A stretch of DNA of 64,000 nucleotides, from contig JAQFVV010000005.1 in the NCBI GenBank assembly GCA_028023455.1, positions 22,568,001 through 22,632,000 on the forward strand, read 5' to 3'. The notes under the pieces were generated by a model that saw only the letters and a list, made by a program, of their open reading frames with translations, did not search any database and was not told the DNA's origin. How positions within the stretch are numbered: the first letter of the stretch is position 1; every line of letters starts with the position of its first letter. The position numbers and the translations under genes are program-made. This document shows, one piece after another, positions 61,050 to 64,000 of the stretch. This DNA is from Epiperipatus broadwayi. Lineage: Eukaryota; Animalia; Onychophora.

Positions 61050-63400
61050 TGCTTTTTTATGATGTTATGTTTAATTTTTTTAGAAAAAAACCTTTCTTCC
61101 TGGAATACTTTAACGTCATGTCTAACTGCAACTCGGTGATGCATTCTATCCTCTGTCAAATCTTACCAATGGAAACAAACGACATTGCATTTATTTTAAA
61201 AGTCTTTGAGATAAATGATAATGTAGGTGTGGTTTATATCACACAATTTTAAGAAGTGATATTATTCATTCATTTTACATATCCAATCCAATAAAGGTGT
61301 GATCTTATAATAATGGACCATAGAGTATCACATTCAGCAAGTTGAAGAACACATTGATTGATTTTACGATCTTGCCATTGTATTTTAAAAATTTTACAAA
61401 TCATCTTTAAATGAGCCCTAATAATACTTTTATATTATCCTGGTAGGGTGCGCAAGATTATATGCAACTAACTTATTTGCAGTAGTTATTCCCTATTATG
61501 AAATATTCTATCTTTTAAGCTTTCTATTTATAAAACTATTAAGGTATTGAAACTCGTTTACATTTTCAAGTTGATTACTATCCAAGTTAAAATTGCTGGA
61601 AATTTGTCTTCTGTCACTGGCTAATAAAGAACTTGCATTAACAAACCAAAGTCTTTATATGTTGCATTCAAAATATTATGAACATTATGTAAATGATTTT
61701 GTGAACTGGCAAAAATAGCACAATCATCAGATACTATATATCCAGAATTCAAGAAGATAAGTTTTTATTTTTACTTTTAATCACTTCAAATTAAAAATTC
61801 CACTATCAAACCTATGTTGTGTCTTCATCCCTGTTTGATTAAGTCACACTTGTAGTAATAACACTTCTCACTTTATTATGTAGAAACCGTATAATGCAAA
61901 TAAATTTTGATGAACAACCAATGAATTTCAAACAATGCCATAGACCTATCCTATTAACTAAATTGAATACCTTGATCAAATCCATAAAAGAAATATATAA
62001 ATTATTCCTTTATTCCTGACACTTTCTTTTTGCATTTGCCTAGTAACAAAAACCATGTCTGTAATGCATCTTGATTCATTAAAACCATATTTTCTGGTAA
62101 CCATTCATTTATGACTGAAAGTAATCTATTTCGCAATAATGATATTCGATGATAATTAATGCAATTTTGTCTATTCCCTTTGTTTTTAAAAATTAGAAGA
62201 ATAAAAGCATCCTTAAGATCATATGGTACATCATCTTATTTTTTGTATCATTATTCAAAAGATGATCAAAATACTTCTTTCCCTATTCAAAATATCACTG
62301 TTATCATCAAAAGAGTTCATTACTGGATTTAATAAGATTGTAATATTGGTTCTTAGATCCATACATTATTTTCAATGCATCAAAAAAAAATCTAAAATGA
62401 CCACAATCAGCAGTTTTCTGTAACTTCTTTGCCATTTTAATCTTCTCTTCATTTTAAAGTCTTCTGGTTAATCATTGAATTTCTCTTCTGTTATTTATAT
62501 TTATTACTAAGTTCCACATTTAATTGATTATTCTACCCAACAGAAAATTCTGCATATTTCCTTTTAATCAAATCACTAAAATAATATCATTGTCAGAAAA
62601 CCAGTCATTATTTTTCCTTTTAGTGAACTCGATAATATGTTTACTTGTATCCATAATACATTCCTTAAGAGAATTCTATGATGCAATAATATGACAGTCC
62701 TAATGATCCAAATTAGTAATTTTAGTGCATAACGTGAACTTCTCTTGGATTCTGATTCCTAATTATAATAAATGCCATTGCTTTAAACATGGATTTAGAA
62801 TCTATATTTCTTTATAACAGTTTTTTGCTTAAACAAAGTGTTTGTGATAGACAACATCTATTGTTCAAAAATTCACTAATAACAAACCATTTGAATTTTA
62901 TAACTCCAACACTATTATTGCCAATAACTTTTAGCCATAGTGTATTATTTGCACCAATTCACGCATTAAAGTCTTCAAAAAGAAAAGTTTGTGATCTTTC
63001 AAGGGTATTGCTGCAATGATACTATCTAATAGGGAATAAAAGATTTCCTTCTCTGAATCTAAGATTGGAGCATAGGCACTAATAAAATGAACACTAGTAC
63101 CATTGTGGACGCAAGTTTAGTACCAGAAATCTTTCATTGATATGAGGAATTCCAACAAAAAAAGATGCTAAATTGGACTTTACAGCAAATCCAACACTGC
63201 ACATTCTCCTTTCACTATCTGACTTTTTCCACACAAAAAAAAATGTATCCTTGTATCTGTTCTTAAAACTTCCTTTCTCTGGTAGTTGAATTGACCCTTA
63301 GCCATCTGTTCATTCCTAGTCTTGAAGAGTTTGTATTAAATAATATTCACTCAGTCCATATATCAGAAAATAAATAATGAAGCAGCTTAATTTGATTGGT
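61050..63400 (-). mobile_element. Degraded RTE (BovB-like) LINE: APE endonuclease + RT
   Basis: NSNGLLLV and WH...DH endonuclease segments; YGFNESRCITDMVFVTRQMQKE; LWHCLKFIGCSSKFICIIRFLH. Confidence 0.75.
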
Positions 63401-64000
63401 TAACTATCTTTGGAGAATAATCTCAATATATAAAGGATAGTTAACAAGAGAGAGAGAGAGAGAAAGACTAGTTGTTTGTGAAAATAATAACTGCCAAGAA
63501 ACTCCACAACATAGAATGAGGGTAACTGGAGAGATTTCCCCCCAAAAATGTAAAATCAGATCCACAAATTGAAGACATGTTAGTCCTATCTTCATTATCA
63601 TTTTTATACACTTTCAGATATATCTAATAAATATAAATATATATAGTTTAGTTTTAGTATTAACTAATTTGTTGGCATTGTGTCAATAACTAAATGATCA
63701 ATTGTAGCTGATGTAGTAAAGAATTGTAAGTAAATTGTTTTAAAACCCCAATGTGTCTGTGTGCAGCTTTGGGGTTTATAGTTAAGGTTCAAAATAAAAT
63801 AATTATTATGTGTTTGATCTGCAGGATAATTGGCCAATCACTTATTAGATAACTCTTGCAGTGCAGGCACAACAATTTCCATGATCCATCTATAATTTGA
63901 ATCCCAGATTATGGGCATAGATAGATGGATAGTCAAGCTGTGATACCCAAAACCAATGTTTTACAAAGAAGTAATTAAATAAAATCATGGATGAGAAAGG

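Overview
AT-rich eukaryotic (metazoan, probably arthropod; inferred, not proven) genomic DNA. The window lies inside one plus-strand gene whose start and stop are outside it. I read 21 intact EGF-like exons (111-132 nt, all GT-AG, all phase 1-1, six Cys each; Dumpy-type C-x4-CGxNAxC-x8-CxCP-x4-GNP-x3-C in most; 2622 nt or 874 codons if all are joined) and 5 decayed copies. They were amplified at two scales: about 310-bp units at 16.7-20.8 kb and about 2.5-3.3-kb units at 34-49 kb. The introns are packed with TEs: a decayed Ty3/Gypsy element, a non-autonomous LTR element with 1.6-kb LTRs, RTE LINE pieces, a tRNA-like SINE, and mariner, hAT and Merlin remnants. Most notable are many Penelope-like (PLE) hairpin insertions carrying minimal type I hammerhead ribozyme (HHR) motifs. 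Three families have a U3:A8 variant core (UUGANAA) instead of CUGANGA. Three insertions show direct target repeats of up to 13 bp with a tail of about 45 nt on one arm only. Best candidates for new biology: (1) the frame-neutral EGF cassette array, with a poison copy and TE inverted repeats placed so they could compete to loop exons out; (2) the variant-core hammerhead/PLE system. All alignments and folds were done by eye; TE boundaries without a target-site duplication (TSD) or terminal inverted repeat (TIR) are approximate.
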